Of a stretch of DNA of 64,000 nucleotides, positions 50,503 to 59,974 are shown piece by piece. A model generated the notes under the pieces. The model had not been told where the DNA came from, ran no database searches, and worked only from the letters and a program-made list of their open reading frames with translations. The position numbers were made by a program, and so were the translations under genes. Origin of the DNA: Bacillota bacterium (GTDB taxonomy: Bacteria; Bacillota; Clostridia; Oscillospirales; Ruminococcaceae). Position 1 is the first letter of the stretch, and each line of letters begins with the position of its first letter. The stretch covers positions 13,478-77,477 of the forward strand of contig JAEZCT010000067.1 of NCBI GenBank assembly GCA_023433405.1, given 5' to 3'.

Positions 50503-50775
50503 AGCCTCGCTCCTCTGCGTTTGCTCCGGCCTCCCGGCTTAAAAAACTGCCCTTTAAACGATTTCTTTATTATATAAAATGCTATGCTTTTACATATTGC
50601 TATTTTGAAAGAACAGGGCTTTTGCGTAAAAAGCCCCGCAAAGGTTATCAGGGCAATTGTTGCAAATGGTCAAATATTTGGAGTGTTCTACAAATAAACA
50701 CATAATACGTCATACGTCTAATGTCTTCGGCTTAATTGTACCGATTTCGCGCACAATTGTCAATAGTCGATTGTA

Positions 50776-50877
50776 ATACTATTCTCCGATAAAAGTGTTG
50801 ATAAAAATCCGCGTCAAAATCCATAAATTAAGGATTTCGACTTGATTTTTATACACTTTTTAATCGGATAATAGTAT
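50776..50877 (-). repeat. Family A palindromic interspersed repeat, copy A8
   Basis: Very similar to copy A3 over the full length. Confidence 0.9.
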
Positions 50878-50959
50878 AAATTTTCCGGTACGACAATTTT
50901 TCGCCCGCGTTTGTTGCGTTTATATTTTTAAGCGTGCTTGGCGCGATACGCTTGCGGGT

Positions 50960-51014
50960 AAAAAAAGCAAACCCTTGTGTCAACCGACTGCGTACGCGGC
51001 GTTTGACACAAGGG
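50960..51014 (-). terminator. Intrinsic terminator of the FadR-type regulator gene
   Basis: CCCTTGTGTCAA...TTGACACAAGGG stem, followed on the minus strand by TTTGCTTTTTTT. Confidence 0.7.
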
Positions 51015-51117
51015 CGGATGGCAGGGGTATGCTCATTTCGTTTTAAAAGGCTAAGCAAGCTGCTAAAATTGTATGAAAGACCGCGCGGCTGCAATACGTC
51101 CGCACTTACGCGGGGCT

Positions 51118-51879
51118 TTATTTGTCGGGCTGCCCGGCGGCTTTATCGCAAGTAAGCTCCTGCTTTGCGCACATTTGTATGACACGATCCCGGTTGTAAA
51201 CCAGGTGCTGCATCATCGCCACCTTGGCCGAAAGCGGGTCGTGGGCGGCGACGGCCTCCGCCAACCGGCGGTGGGTCTCTATGGTCTCGCGAACCAGCGT
51301 GGATTTGGTTACCTCAACCAGCAGGTTAATGCTGGAGTGAATTACCGGAATCAGGTTTGGCATCACAAGATTGTGGGTAGCCTTCGCGATGCTGGTGTGA
51401 AACTGTACGTCCGCATCCATATGGGGTAGACCCATGAGCATGTTTTGCTCTACCACACCGCACCACTCCGCAATTAACGCCACATCCTCCTCCTCCGCGC
51501 GCTGGGCGGCAAGCTCCGCCACCCAAGGCTCCAGCGTCATGCGCACCTCAAGCAGGTCGATAATCAGTTTAAATTTATCGGGCATAAAGGCAAAGCCCAG
51601 CGGGTCGTCCAGCAGTCCGGGGTTCTTTGCCACGAAGGTGCCCCTGCCCCGCTGAATGACCAGAATATTGCGCGCCACCAGCAGCTTTACCGCCTCCCGT
51701 ACTGTTCCGCGCCCCACGTTCAGGCTTTCGGCCAGCCTAAATTCATTGGGCAGGCGTTCCCCGGCCGAAAGGTGGCGTTCTATAATCATCTGCGAAATCT
51801 GGTTTGCCACCACATCCGCAAGTTGAGCCTCCCGGTCCTGAATAGAATCAAACGGCAGTTCGTCTTTTGTTTCCTGCAT
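51118..51879 (-). CDS. GntR/FadR-family transcriptional regulator
   Basis: GntR winged HTH (LPNEFRLAESLNVGRGTVREAVKLL) plus an FCD-type C-terminal domain. The start is trimmed to MQETKDE. Confidence 0.88.
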   Translation of the reverse strand: MQETKDELPFDSIQDREAQLADVVANQISQMIIERHLSAGERLPNEFRLAESLNVGRGTVREAVKLLVARNILVIQRGRGTFVAKNPGLLDDPLGFAFMPDKFKLIIDLLEVRMTLEPWVAELAAQRAEEEDVALIAEWCGVVEQNMLMGLPHMDADVQFHTSIAKATHNLVMPNLIPVIHSSINLLVEVTKSTLVRETIETHRRLAEAVAAHDPLSAKVAMMQHLVYNRDRVIQMCAKQELTCDKAAGQPDK

Positions 51880-52455
51880 GACAGTACCCCCCACAATACG
51901 TCGGATGTCTTATTAGGTTTTAGTATACTCGTTAATCGAAGAATTAGTCAATACATGGTGTTTGCAATCGGGCAATCTCAGCGCCCCACAGAGCTTAAAG
52001 ATTGCCTGCAGAAAGCAAGCGAATGCCAGAGCGCAAGTCAAAAAGCTAACGGAAAAAGCCACCTGCGACTGTCGATTTCTAACGGATTCGGGCGAATTTA
52101 TAGAGTCAATGGATAAGGAATGAGAAAAATCATGTTCAAATTTGTTCAAGTGTATAAATTTAAAAAACCTATATTAAATTAATGCGAAAATATGCTAAAA
52201 TATATGAGAAAGTGTGGAACCGTCAAAGTAAAGGGCTGCAAACTTGCGGCAACTTGACCCATAACACAACAGAATAAACCGTAATGAGTTACATGCGTTT
52301 TACTGCAATTAAAGTGAGAGGCGCGCACCCGTGTTCCGGGGGTTTGCTGCCTTGCTATTAAATCGTCCGTCTGTACCGATGGCCTGGTTTTCTTATTATA
52401 ATTAAAACGCGATACGCTCGTTTCCGACAAAACTAGCAGGAAAGGTGTATGCAGG

Positions 52456-54225
52456 ATGCAGCAGGACAATTCTTCTTTTCAACACCAAGATTTCGTTACC
52501 TTGTTAAAAAGCCATCTTAGCAGCGAACAGGCTGCCGGCTGCCGATTGAACGAGAACTATCACAGTCAGTATTCTGCCCTTTTGGGTACCCTCAAGGAGG
52601 GTCTTTTTGAGTGGAATATCCAAACCGACGAGCTGGTATGCACCCAACGGATGCTTGATATTATGGATATCGGCGCGGGAACGCATTCGCTAAAGAATTT
52701 TGTGAAGAATCGCGTAATCCCGGAGGATTCCAAGGTTTGCGAAGACACGATTCAGGATATTTTAACAAACCCAAGAGTATGCGATTTTGCCCAGCGCATC
52801 CGGGTAAAAACCCCACTGGGCGCCAATAAAGCCCTGCATGTGCAGTGCCGCGTTATTCGCGGCGATACCGGTAAAGCGAGCTATATGATTGGCAGCGTGC
52901 TGGATGTGGAGGAGCAGGAGAAACGGGACCCCGCCTTCCCGGTTATTATTTGCGATGAGCTGACCGGCATGGCGACAAAGCACGCCCTATCCCGCCGGCT
53001 CAGTGAGGATATTCGCAGCGGCGGCATCCGCAGCGCCGCCGTTATTGTCATAGACCTTGATAACCTCAAGGGCATTAACGACACCCTGGACCATTATGTG
53101 GGCGATATGGTTATTACAAAAATCGGCGGTACCCTTATTCGCACCGCCGAGAAAATAGGGCTTGCGGTAAGGCTTAATAACGATGAATTTGCCATCTACC
53201 TGCCGGGCGCTGGGGTGGATGAGGCCGTAGAGTTCTCCCGGATGCTTAAAAATGAGATTAAGCAGCCCATGCAGGTGGGCAACCTGACCTTGTGCGTAAC
53301 CGCGAGCCTTGGAATCTCCATGTACCCCGACCATGCGCAAACCGATAAGGCGCTGCTGCGTTACGCCGATATTGCCATGCAGCACGCAAAAACCATAGGC
53401 AAAGACACCGTGACGGTTTTTGATTACTCCATGTTCGAACGCATACTGCGTCATGAGACGGTGGCGCGAGCCATCCGGCATGGGCTTGAGCATAACGAGT
53501 TTTCGGTATATTATCAGCCGCAGTACAGCACCATGACGGGTGAGATTGTGGGGTTTGAGGCGCTTTTGCGCTTAAACAGCAGCCTGGTGGGCAATGTATC
53601 ACCCGCCGAGTTTATCCCCGCCGCGGAGGAATCGGGGCATATTCACGACCTTGGGCGCTGGGTGTTTACCGAGGCCTGCAAAACGGCGGCGGAATTTCAG
53701 CGCAAGGGCTACCGTTTTGGCAAGATGTCCATTAACCTTTCGCTGGTGCAGCTGCAAAAGAAGGCGTTTGCCAGCGAAATAAACACCATTATCCGCGACC
53801 TGAACCTTGACCCGACCTCCATAGAGCTTGAGGTTACCGAGAGCCAGCTCGTAGATTTTATTGACGGTGAGTCGGAGATTGTTAAAAACATGGAGGCGCT
53901 GGGGTTTGACCTTGCCCTTGATGATTTCGGTTCCGGGTATTCCTCCCTAAACCAGCTTCGCCAGCTTTGGATAAGCACCCTTAAAATTGATAAGAAGTTT
54001 ATTGACCATATCGCCACCGACCCCAAGGATTACGAGATTGTTAAGCTGGTGGTCAACCTTGCCCACTGCCTGCAGCTGTGCGTAGTCGCGGAGGGCGTCG
54101 AGACCGCAAGGCAGCTGGAGCTGATTCGCCAGATTGGCTGCGACAAGGTGCAGGGCTACTACTACAGCCGTCCCGTACCCAAGACGGAGGCCGAGAGCCT
54201 GCTTTTAATGCAGAAGATTGGCTGA
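52456..54225 (+). CDS. PAS / degenerate-GGDEF / EAL c-di-GMP phosphodiesterase
   Basis: The GGDEF position reads NNDEF. The EAL motifs are intact (FEALLRL, DDFGSGYSSL, KIDKKFI, VAEGVET). Confidence 0.88.
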   Translation: MQQDNSSFQHQDFVTLLKSHLSSEQAAGCRLNENYHSQYSALLGTLKEGLFEWNIQTDELVCTQRMLDIMDIGAGTHSLKNFVKNRVIPEDSKVCEDTIQDILTNPRVCDFAQRIRVKTPLGANKALHVQCRVIRGDTGKASYMIGSVLDVEEQEKRDPAFPVIICDELTGMATKHALSRRLSEDIRSGGIRSAAVIVIDLDNLKGINDTLDHYVGDMVITKIGGTLIRTAEKIGLAVRLNNDEFAIYLPGAGVDEAVEFSRMLKNEIKQPMQVGNLTLCVTASLGISMYPDHAQTDKALLRYADIAMQHAKTIGKDTVTVFDYSMFERILRHETVARAIRHGLEHNEFSVYYQPQYSTMTGEIVGFEALLRLNSSLVGNVSPAEFIPAAEESGHIHDLGRWVFTEACKTAAEFQRKGYRFGKMSINLSLVQLQKKAFASEINTIIRDLNLDPTSIELEVTESQLVDFIDGESEIVKNMEALGFDLALDDFGSGYSSLNQLRQLWISTLKIDKKFIDHIATDPKDYEIVKLVVNLAHCLQLCVVAEGVETARQLELIRQIGCDKVQGYYYSRPVPKTEAESLLLMQKIG

Positions 54226-54248
54226 TAACGGCAAGACACACAAAAAAA

Positions 54249-54269
54249 CGGCTCCGCCACGCGGAGCCG
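54249..54269. terminator. Bidirectional intrinsic terminator (PDE gene and methyltransferase gene)
   Basis: CGGCTCCGC, loop cac, GCGGAGCCG, flanked by AAAAAAA upstream and TTATAATTT downstream. Confidence 0.75.
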
Positions 54270-54361
54270 TTATAATTTCACGCTGCTTTTCACTTTACTG
54301 TGAACACACTTAAATGGGATATGTATTCGTAACAGGGCATTGGTACAAGGGAGGCACTGCG

Positions 54362-56431
54362 CTACTCGTCTTTCTCCGTTGTTCTGTCCTTTTCCACCGC
54401 CGGACGTCTGCTTGCCTCGGTGCGAATGAGCGCCCGCTCCTCCACCGTCAGGCAAAACAAATCCATCACCGCGTTATCCAGTGTTTGAATCAGCGCATAA
54501 CGGAGGCGCTCCTCCTTCGCGGCTAAGAGCTCGTCTACCAGTGCGCACATCTTGGCTAATGTCGCTTCGTCCACCTGCGGGATAGGGATATCCTCAATAT
54601 GACTGCGCAGCACTTTTACCGACTGAAATTTGTTGGTAAAGTAAAAATGCGCCGCCGAGCTATTGAGCACCGCCAAAATATACTTGATGGGAAGCGTGTC
54701 GAACCGGGGAATTAAGATATTGCAGCTGTTAAGGGAGAGGGTTTGACGGTTATCGTAGGCAAAGCACAGGGACGCCGATACAAACTTATAAATCAGCTTT
54801 TCGGGCGCCCGGTAATACTGCTCGGGCGCTACCTGCTGGAAGCGCTCGGGGGAAAAGCTTAAAAACCGTTTGGGGGTTTCATAGGTATAGGCGCGAATAT
54901 CGGTGCCACGCAGCACCGGCTCCATACCCCGGTACCGGCGGGGCTTTAAAAAGCTCTGGTTGTCACCGGTGACAATGCCCAGCGCAAAATCGGCGTGGTC
55001 TTTTAAGCGCACCGCGCCGGGTGCGGCGTCTAGCTTTTCAAGCAGCTCGTGCTCCCGGTCGCCCACCGAGAAGTTGAACACTCCCGGGCGTCCTAAGCGC
55101 GACGCGTCAATGCGATAGGGCAGGCCGCCGTTTTCCACCTCGATATACCCGCCGCCGCCGTGACCCTTGCGCACCGTAACGGTGATGGTAGGGGCATATA
55201 CCTTATCAAAAATATTGCGCCAGTATTTTACCCGCAGCACGTCGCAGTCCTTTGCAACCAGCTCGCGCAGACGGTCGTGCGCCATTACATTTAAAAAGGA
55301 TTGGGGAAGCACATAGCACACAATCCCGCCCTGTGCCACCATTTGTATGGCTTTGAGCAAAAATACGGCAAAGGACTCGATATGTACCGGCCCGCTGTTT
55401 GCAAACCGTTCCCGAATGCGCTGCTTGTACCCCTCGTCGTAGGCGCTGCCCCACGGGGGGTTTGAGAGGATAACATCGAAGCTGTCGTTTTCAAAATCAA
55501 ACAGGCTGTCGGTCACCCGCAGGTTTTGGTACAGCACCGCCGGGTTGTTAAGCCGGGCGGTAAGCGTGAGGTTCACCCGCGCAAGACAGATGCTCAAGGG
55601 GTCGATATCCGCCGCGAAGAGATGGTTTTTTATAAGATGCTCACCATCCACAAGCGGCATATGCGCGGCTATTGCCGCAAAAACGTTCATAAGAAAGTTA
55701 CCAGTGCCGCAGCAGGGGTCTAAAATGCGCTTGCCAGCAAGGTCGCCTTGCCGGTCAAGATAAAACACGCAGTCCTCGGCAATGCGTTTGGGGGTATAAT
55801 ACACCCCTTCGGTCTTGCGCTTTGCCATGCTGCTGATAGACATATACAAAAGCCCGAGAAAATCCTCGTTCTCTATATAGGATAGCTCCTCCCGTAAGGC
55901 GGGTGCCGCGCGCAGCACCTCCTGCCGGGTAGTGGTCTTATCCATCAGGTCGTCAATCAAGGGGCGGTAGGACCCCAAAAAGCCGGGGTCTGCGAGCCAG
56001 CGCTCCGCCATAATGCCCTTGCCGGGGGCAATCAGCCCTTTGCCGGCGAGCAGCTTCATGGAATACTCGGCTAAAATCAGGCGCATCATCGGCTCGCCGC
56101 CGCCAAGCGCGTCAAACTCCGCGATAATGCGCCGCGCCGTCTCGGTATAATCGCGGCGCGCGACATAGCCTGCGGGCACCACATTGCCGGTGTGCTTTGT
56201 TTTGTTGCGCCGCCTGGTCAGCCGGTCGCCGCCGCCGCTTTCCAGCGTGCGCACCAGCTCGTCCACATCGGCCTTATCAAAGCAAAGCTTGCCCAGCCTG
56301 CCCGGACGCGTCGACACCTTAACCGGCTTTAGCTTGCCGCTTTTCACCCAATTGCGCGCCGTCGCCTGCGAGATTAAAAGTCGCGCGCAGAGCTCCTCCA
56401 GGGTGACGATGTTTATGGTCTTCACGCTCAT
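54362..56431 (-). CDS. HTH-fused N6-adenine DNA methyltransferase (Eco57I/TaqI-like gamma class with its own target-recognition domain), with no cognate endonuclease seen
   Basis: N-terminal excisionase/MerR-like HTH (LISQATARNWVKSGKL), motif I ILDPCCGTGNF, motif IV NPPWG and a long C-terminal TRD-like region. Confidence 0.85.
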   Translation of the reverse strand: MSVKTINIVTLEELCARLLISQATARNWVKSGKLKPVKVSTRPGRLGKLCFDKADVDELVRTLESGGGDRLTRRRNKTKHTGNVVPAGYVARRDYTETARRIIAEFDALGGGEPMMRLILAEYSMKLLAGKGLIAPGKGIMAERWLADPGFLGSYRPLIDDLMDKTTTRQEVLRAAPALREELSYIENEDFLGLLYMSISSMAKRKTEGVYYTPKRIAEDCVFYLDRQGDLAGKRILDPCCGTGNFLMNVFAAIAAHMPLVDGEHLIKNHLFAADIDPLSICLARVNLTLTARLNNPAVLYQNLRVTDSLFDFENDSFDVILSNPPWGSAYDEGYKQRIRERFANSGPVHIESFAVFLLKAIQMVAQGGIVCYVLPQSFLNVMAHDRLRELVAKDCDVLRVKYWRNIFDKVYAPTITVTVRKGHGGGGYIEVENGGLPYRIDASRLGRPGVFNFSVGDREHELLEKLDAAPGAVRLKDHADFALGIVTGDNQSFLKPRRYRGMEPVLRGTDIRAYTYETPKRFLSFSPERFQQVAPEQYYRAPEKLIYKFVSASLCFAYDNRQTLSLNSCNILIPRFDTLPIKYILAVLNSSAAHFYFTNKFQSVKVLRSHIEDIPIPQVDEATLAKMCALVDELLAAKEERLRYALIQTLDNAVMDLFCLTVEERALIRTEASRRPAVEKDRTTEKDE

Positions 56432-56453
56432 TTATAATCCCATCCCGCGTGTA

Positions 56454-56568
56454 ATACTAATCTTTTCAAAAAGAGTAGAATGGCAGATAAAATCCGCGTG
56501 AAAACCCATTAACGAAAGTTGTTCACCTAATTTTACACACGATACTCTTTTCAATCGGATATTAGTGT
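56454..56568 (-). repeat. Family A palindromic interspersed repeat, copy A9 (between the HD gene and the methyltransferase gene)
   Basis: atactaatcttttcaaaaagagtagaa...ataaaatccgcgtgaaaaccc...ctcttttcaatcggatattagtgt. Confidence 0.85.
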
Positions 56569-56582
56569 AATTTCCTGTTTTG

Positions 56583-57164
56583 CTATTTCCTCACCGCAGA
56601 GGTTCCCTGCTCCCGCAGGTAGGTGGATTCTAGGTCGGCCAGATGCAGCTTCACCGCAAGGGGGTATTTTTCGTAGGCGTTGGATACCCCATAGCCGCCC
56701 GCCCGCGCGGTTTCATCAAAGCCGCCCATGTGCCAGCGAATGGCGATGGCCTCCGCGGTCTTTAGCCGCAAAAAGCGCTCCACCAAAAATACCGACTTCT
56801 CCCCGTGACCGTAGGGGAAGGCGTCCTCGACAACGTAATAGGGCTTTTGCTCCCATTGCCCGCGCTCGTTTTTCACATTTCGGGTGGCGGTTTTATAAAA
56901 CTGTGTTTTGCACAGGTCGTGCAACAGCCCGCAGAGGGCAAAGCTCTCCCGGTTATCCGTAGTCTCGTCAAAGTGCTTTTCCATCATTACCTGGTACACG
57001 CTTACGCTGTGCTGTACCAGCCCGCCCTCGCAGGCGCAATGATACTTAGAGCTTGCGGGGGCTGTAAAAAAGTCGGTATTCTCGAGCCACTTTAACAGCT
57101 CCTGTGCGCCGTCACGGGTGACATTGCCGTTGTAAATATCCAAAAAATCCTGCTTAAATGACAT
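56583..57164 (-). CDS. HD-domain phosphohydrolase (YhaM-like HD module without OB fold)
   Basis: SKYHCACEGGLVQHS and LLHDLCK are HD-superfamily motifs. The start is trimmed to MSFKQDF. An extended -10 TGCTATAAT lies at 57226-57234 on the minus strand. Confidence 0.75.
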   Translation of the reverse strand: MSFKQDFLDIYNGNVTRDGAQELLKWLENTDFFTAPASSKYHCACEGGLVQHSVSVYQVMMEKHFDETTDNRESFALCGLLHDLCKTQFYKTATRNVKNERGQWEQKPYYVVEDAFPYGHGEKSVFLVERFLRLKTAEAIAIRWHMGGFDETARAGGYGVSNAYEKYPLAVKLHLADLESTYLREQGTSAVRK

Positions 57165-57388
57165 ATCGGTAATCCTGTTCCGCCGCCCGGCGGCCTTTCT
57201 TTGGGGTGCAAAACCATATGCATCCATTATAGCATAACTGCCCCCCGGTTGCCACCTGAAAAAACAGTGGAGACCGGAGGGCAGAGTATTCGTTTGATAG
57301 GAAGCAAGTCCCGCTGCTGGGAGAACTTTTTACCAACAAGCCCCCCCTTTTTTAAGGGGATTCGTATGAAAGCCTTACGGTATATGTA

Positions 57389-57841
57389 CTAATGCGCCTG
57401 CTTGCTCAGAAGATCGCGGATCTCGGTGAGCAGCTCCACCTCCTTGGAGGGCTTGGGCGGCGGGGCCTTTTCCTTTTTGCGGCGAAACCGGTTTAAGAGC
57501 TTTACCATAAAAAACACCACCAGCGCGATAATTAAAAAGTCGATGATGGCTTGAACAAACGCGCCGTAGCGCAGCGCCACCTCGGCCTGCGTCCCCAGCG
57601 TATCGGGGAAGATGTAGACAATATCCGAAAAATTGATGCCCTTAATGAGGTACCCAATAATAGGGGTGATAACGTCGGCGACCAGCGAGTTGACAATCTT
57701 GGTAAACGCGCTGCCGACGATAATGCCTACCGCCATATCCACAACGTTGCCGCGGGAGATGAACTCCTTAAACTCCCCTACTATCTTTCCGTTTTTTTGA
57801 ATGGTTTCCTTTACAGCGTTCACATCGGGTAGCTTTGCCAT
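57389..57841 (-). CDS. mscL: Large-conductance mechanosensitive channel
   Basis: FKEFISRGNVVDMAVGIIVGSAFTKIVNSLV is the canonical MscL N-terminus. Confidence 0.93.
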   Translation of the reverse strand: MAKLPDVNAVKETIQKNGKIVGEFKEFISRGNVVDMAVGIIVGSAFTKIVNSLVADVITPIIGYLIKGINFSDIVYIFPDTLGTQAEVALRYGAFVQAIIDFLIIALVVFFMVKLLNRFRRKKEKAPPPKPSKEVELLTEIRDLLSKQAH

Positions 57842-57882
57842 CGTTAAACAGTCCTTTCTGTCGTTTGCAGTTACAAGCTCGG

Positions 57883-58647
57883 TCAGTTGGGTTGGTTGGC
57901 TGCGCGCAGGTTCTCCATGGTACGAGGCGGCTCCAGGTTCCGCGCGGGCTTTGTACGAAGGATGTCAAGCCGCAAGCTGCCCTCGCGCACCTCGGGCGAA
58001 CGGTAGATATTCCACACCAGCGCGCGGTGGCGTTCGGCGGAGATCAGCGTCATCAGCTGCTCAATCAGCCGGTACAGCTTATCCGAGTCCCGTTCCTTTT
58101 CTGACGCAAAGACACAAATCAGCGCGCCGCTGGTATCGGCCCCAAGCCCGGCAAGCCCGCCGGAGGAGCCCGAAAACGCGCCGTCCGCGCGGCAGCTAAG
58201 CGTCACCTGCTCAATCAGGCGCGCGCCGTCAAAAATACCCCTCAGCTCGGCCTCATCCAGCTCCAGCAGCTGTTCCGAGGTATTCATGTGGCGCAAAAAA
58301 CCGCACAGCCGCTTAAGCCGGTCCGAGGGGTCGTCCTCCCGGCCAAAGCAGTACGCGCAGGAAAATTTATGGCGCATCGCCATCAGCAGCTCCGGGCGCT
58401 GGCTGTTAACCACAATGACGGATACCACCCGTGCCTTGCAGCGGTCCAGTACCCGGTCAAGCAGCGAAAGGTCGCCAAGGCTCTCCCCGTCGGCGATAAG
58501 GTACAATACGGAGAGATGGGCAAACGCGTCCACCTCCTCCTCTTTATATATAATCGGACCGCTCTCGCCCAGCTCGGCACAGATGTATTCCCCCACGCCC
58601 ACAAAGGCAAGCTCGCTAAACTCATAGGCTCCCGGCAGAAAATCCAT
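57883..58647 (-). CDS. Hypothetical protein, possibly a degenerate FtsZ/tubulin-like fold
   Basis: GGAGG lies 7 nt upstream of the trimmed start. By eye it is collinear with FtsZ segments but lacks the GGGTGTG signature. Confidence 0.55.
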   Translation of the reverse strand: MDFLPGAYEFSELAFVGVGEYICAELGESGPIIYKEEEVDAFAHLSVLYLIADGESLGDLSLLDRVLDRCKARVVSVIVVNSQRPELLMAMRHKFSCAYCFGREDDPSDRLKRLCGFLRHMNTSEQLLELDEAELRGIFDGARLIEQVTLSCRADGAFSGSSGGLAGLGADTSGALICVFASEKERDSDKLYRLIEQLMTLISAERHRALVWNIYRSPEVREGSLRLDILRTKPARNLEPPRTMENLRAANQPN

Positions 58648-58944
58648 TGATAAACCTCCCATAAACCGCCTGATTTAACCGGCATAGATGCAGATATTAT
58701 TATAGCATACCCAGAACCCTGTTAAAAGAGTCGGAATAGGTTCCTGGTAACCGCCATCAATGCGGGTTAATTTGTGCCGAATTGGCTAAAAGACCGCAGG
58801 AAGAGCGTTGTTTTTACAGCAAAAAGCTTAGAAGCGAATTATCCTGCAACGATATTCTATCTAAAATCATGAATTTTATGATATACCGCAGTATTAATAA
58901 AACAGCAATGAAATATTTGCCTTTAGGATATATAATGGGTTATT

Positions 58945-59019
58945 ATACTAACAATCCGATTTATATGGGTTTACACGCGGATTGTTACCTGCATTTCTGC
59001 TCTTTTTTAAGATTAGCAT
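58945..59019 (+). repeat. Family A palindromic interspersed repeat, internally deleted copy A10
   Basis: atactaacaatccgattt...gggtttacacgcggatt...ctcttttttaagattagcat. Confidence 0.7.
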
Positions 59020-59071
59020 GATACCGCCTTTCAGGTAATACGGGTACGGCAGAGAAGGATGAACAGAAGCT

Positions 59072-59776
59072 ATGAATGAAATTGTAACCTTTGAAAATGT
59101 ACGCAAAACCTACCGGATGGGGGAGGTGACAATCCGCGCCGCCGACGGCATAGACCTGACTATTAACAAAGGCGAGTTTGCCGTCATTGTCGGGCCCAGC
59201 GGGGCGGGCAAAACCACGGTGCTCAATATGCTGGGCGGCATGGACACCTGCGATTCGGGCAGCATAGTCGTGGATGGCGAAAATATTGCGGAGTACAGTG
59301 AAAAACGGCTGATTACATACCGTCGCTACGATATCGGTTTTGTCTTTCAGTTTTATAACCTTGTGCAGAACCTTACCGCAAGGGAAAACGTGGAGCTTGC
59401 CGCCCAGATATGCAAAAACTCCCTTTCAGCCGATGAGGTGCTGCGGGAGGTGGGGCTGGGCGAGCGGTTTGATAACTTTCCCGCCCAGCTATCCGGCGGC
59501 GAGCAGCAGCGCGTTGCCATTGCAAGAGCGCTCGCAAAGCGCCCGAAGCTTCTTCTGTGCGACGAACCAACGGGTGCGCTGGATTATGCAACCGGCAAGA
59601 CAATCCTGAAGCTGCTGCAGGATACCTGCCGAAATATCGGCATGACGGTGGTGGTTATCACACATAATCTCGCAATCACCCCCATGGCGGACCGGGTAAT
59701 ACGGGTGAAAAACAGCCGTGTGCAGGAGATGTCAATAAACGAACATCCCGTGGATGTGGAAAAGATTGAGTGGTAG
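59072..59776 (+). CDS. ABC transporter ATP-binding protein (MacB/FtsE-like)
   Basis: Walker [24 protein letters not shown] and [11 protein letters not shown]. Confidence 0.9.
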   Translation: MNEIVTFENVRKTYRMGEVTIRAADGIDLTINKGEFAVIVGPSGAGKTTVLNMLGGMDTCDSGSIVVDGENIAEYSEKRLITYRRYDIGFVFQFYNLVQNLTARENVELAAQICKNSLSADEVLREVGLGERFDNFPAQLSGGEQQRVAIARALAKRPKLLLCDEPTGALDYATGKTILKLLQDTCRNIGMTVVVITHNLAITPMADRVIRVKNSRVQEMSINEHPVDVEKIEW

Positions 59777-59822
59777 GTCTGCAATCCCCTTCCTTTGCAA
59801 TAATCGTGGCGTTTTGTGCTTA

Positions 59823-59938
59823 AACTAATATCCGATTTTAAGGTGTATCATGTATAAAAATTAAGTGAAAAGCTTTGGCTTATGGGTTTTCACGCGGATT
59901 TTTCACTGCAATTCTATACCTTTTGAGGAGATTAGCAT
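59823..59938 (+). repeat. Family A palindromic interspersed repeat, copy A11 (between the ATPase and permease genes of one ABC system)
   Basis: aactaatatccgattttaaggtgta...aagtgaaaagctttggcttatgggttttcacgcggattttt...ttttgaggagattagcat. Confidence 0.88.
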
Positions 59939-59974
59939 GAACCCTTCGCACACGCCGGAAAGGCATGATGATAT

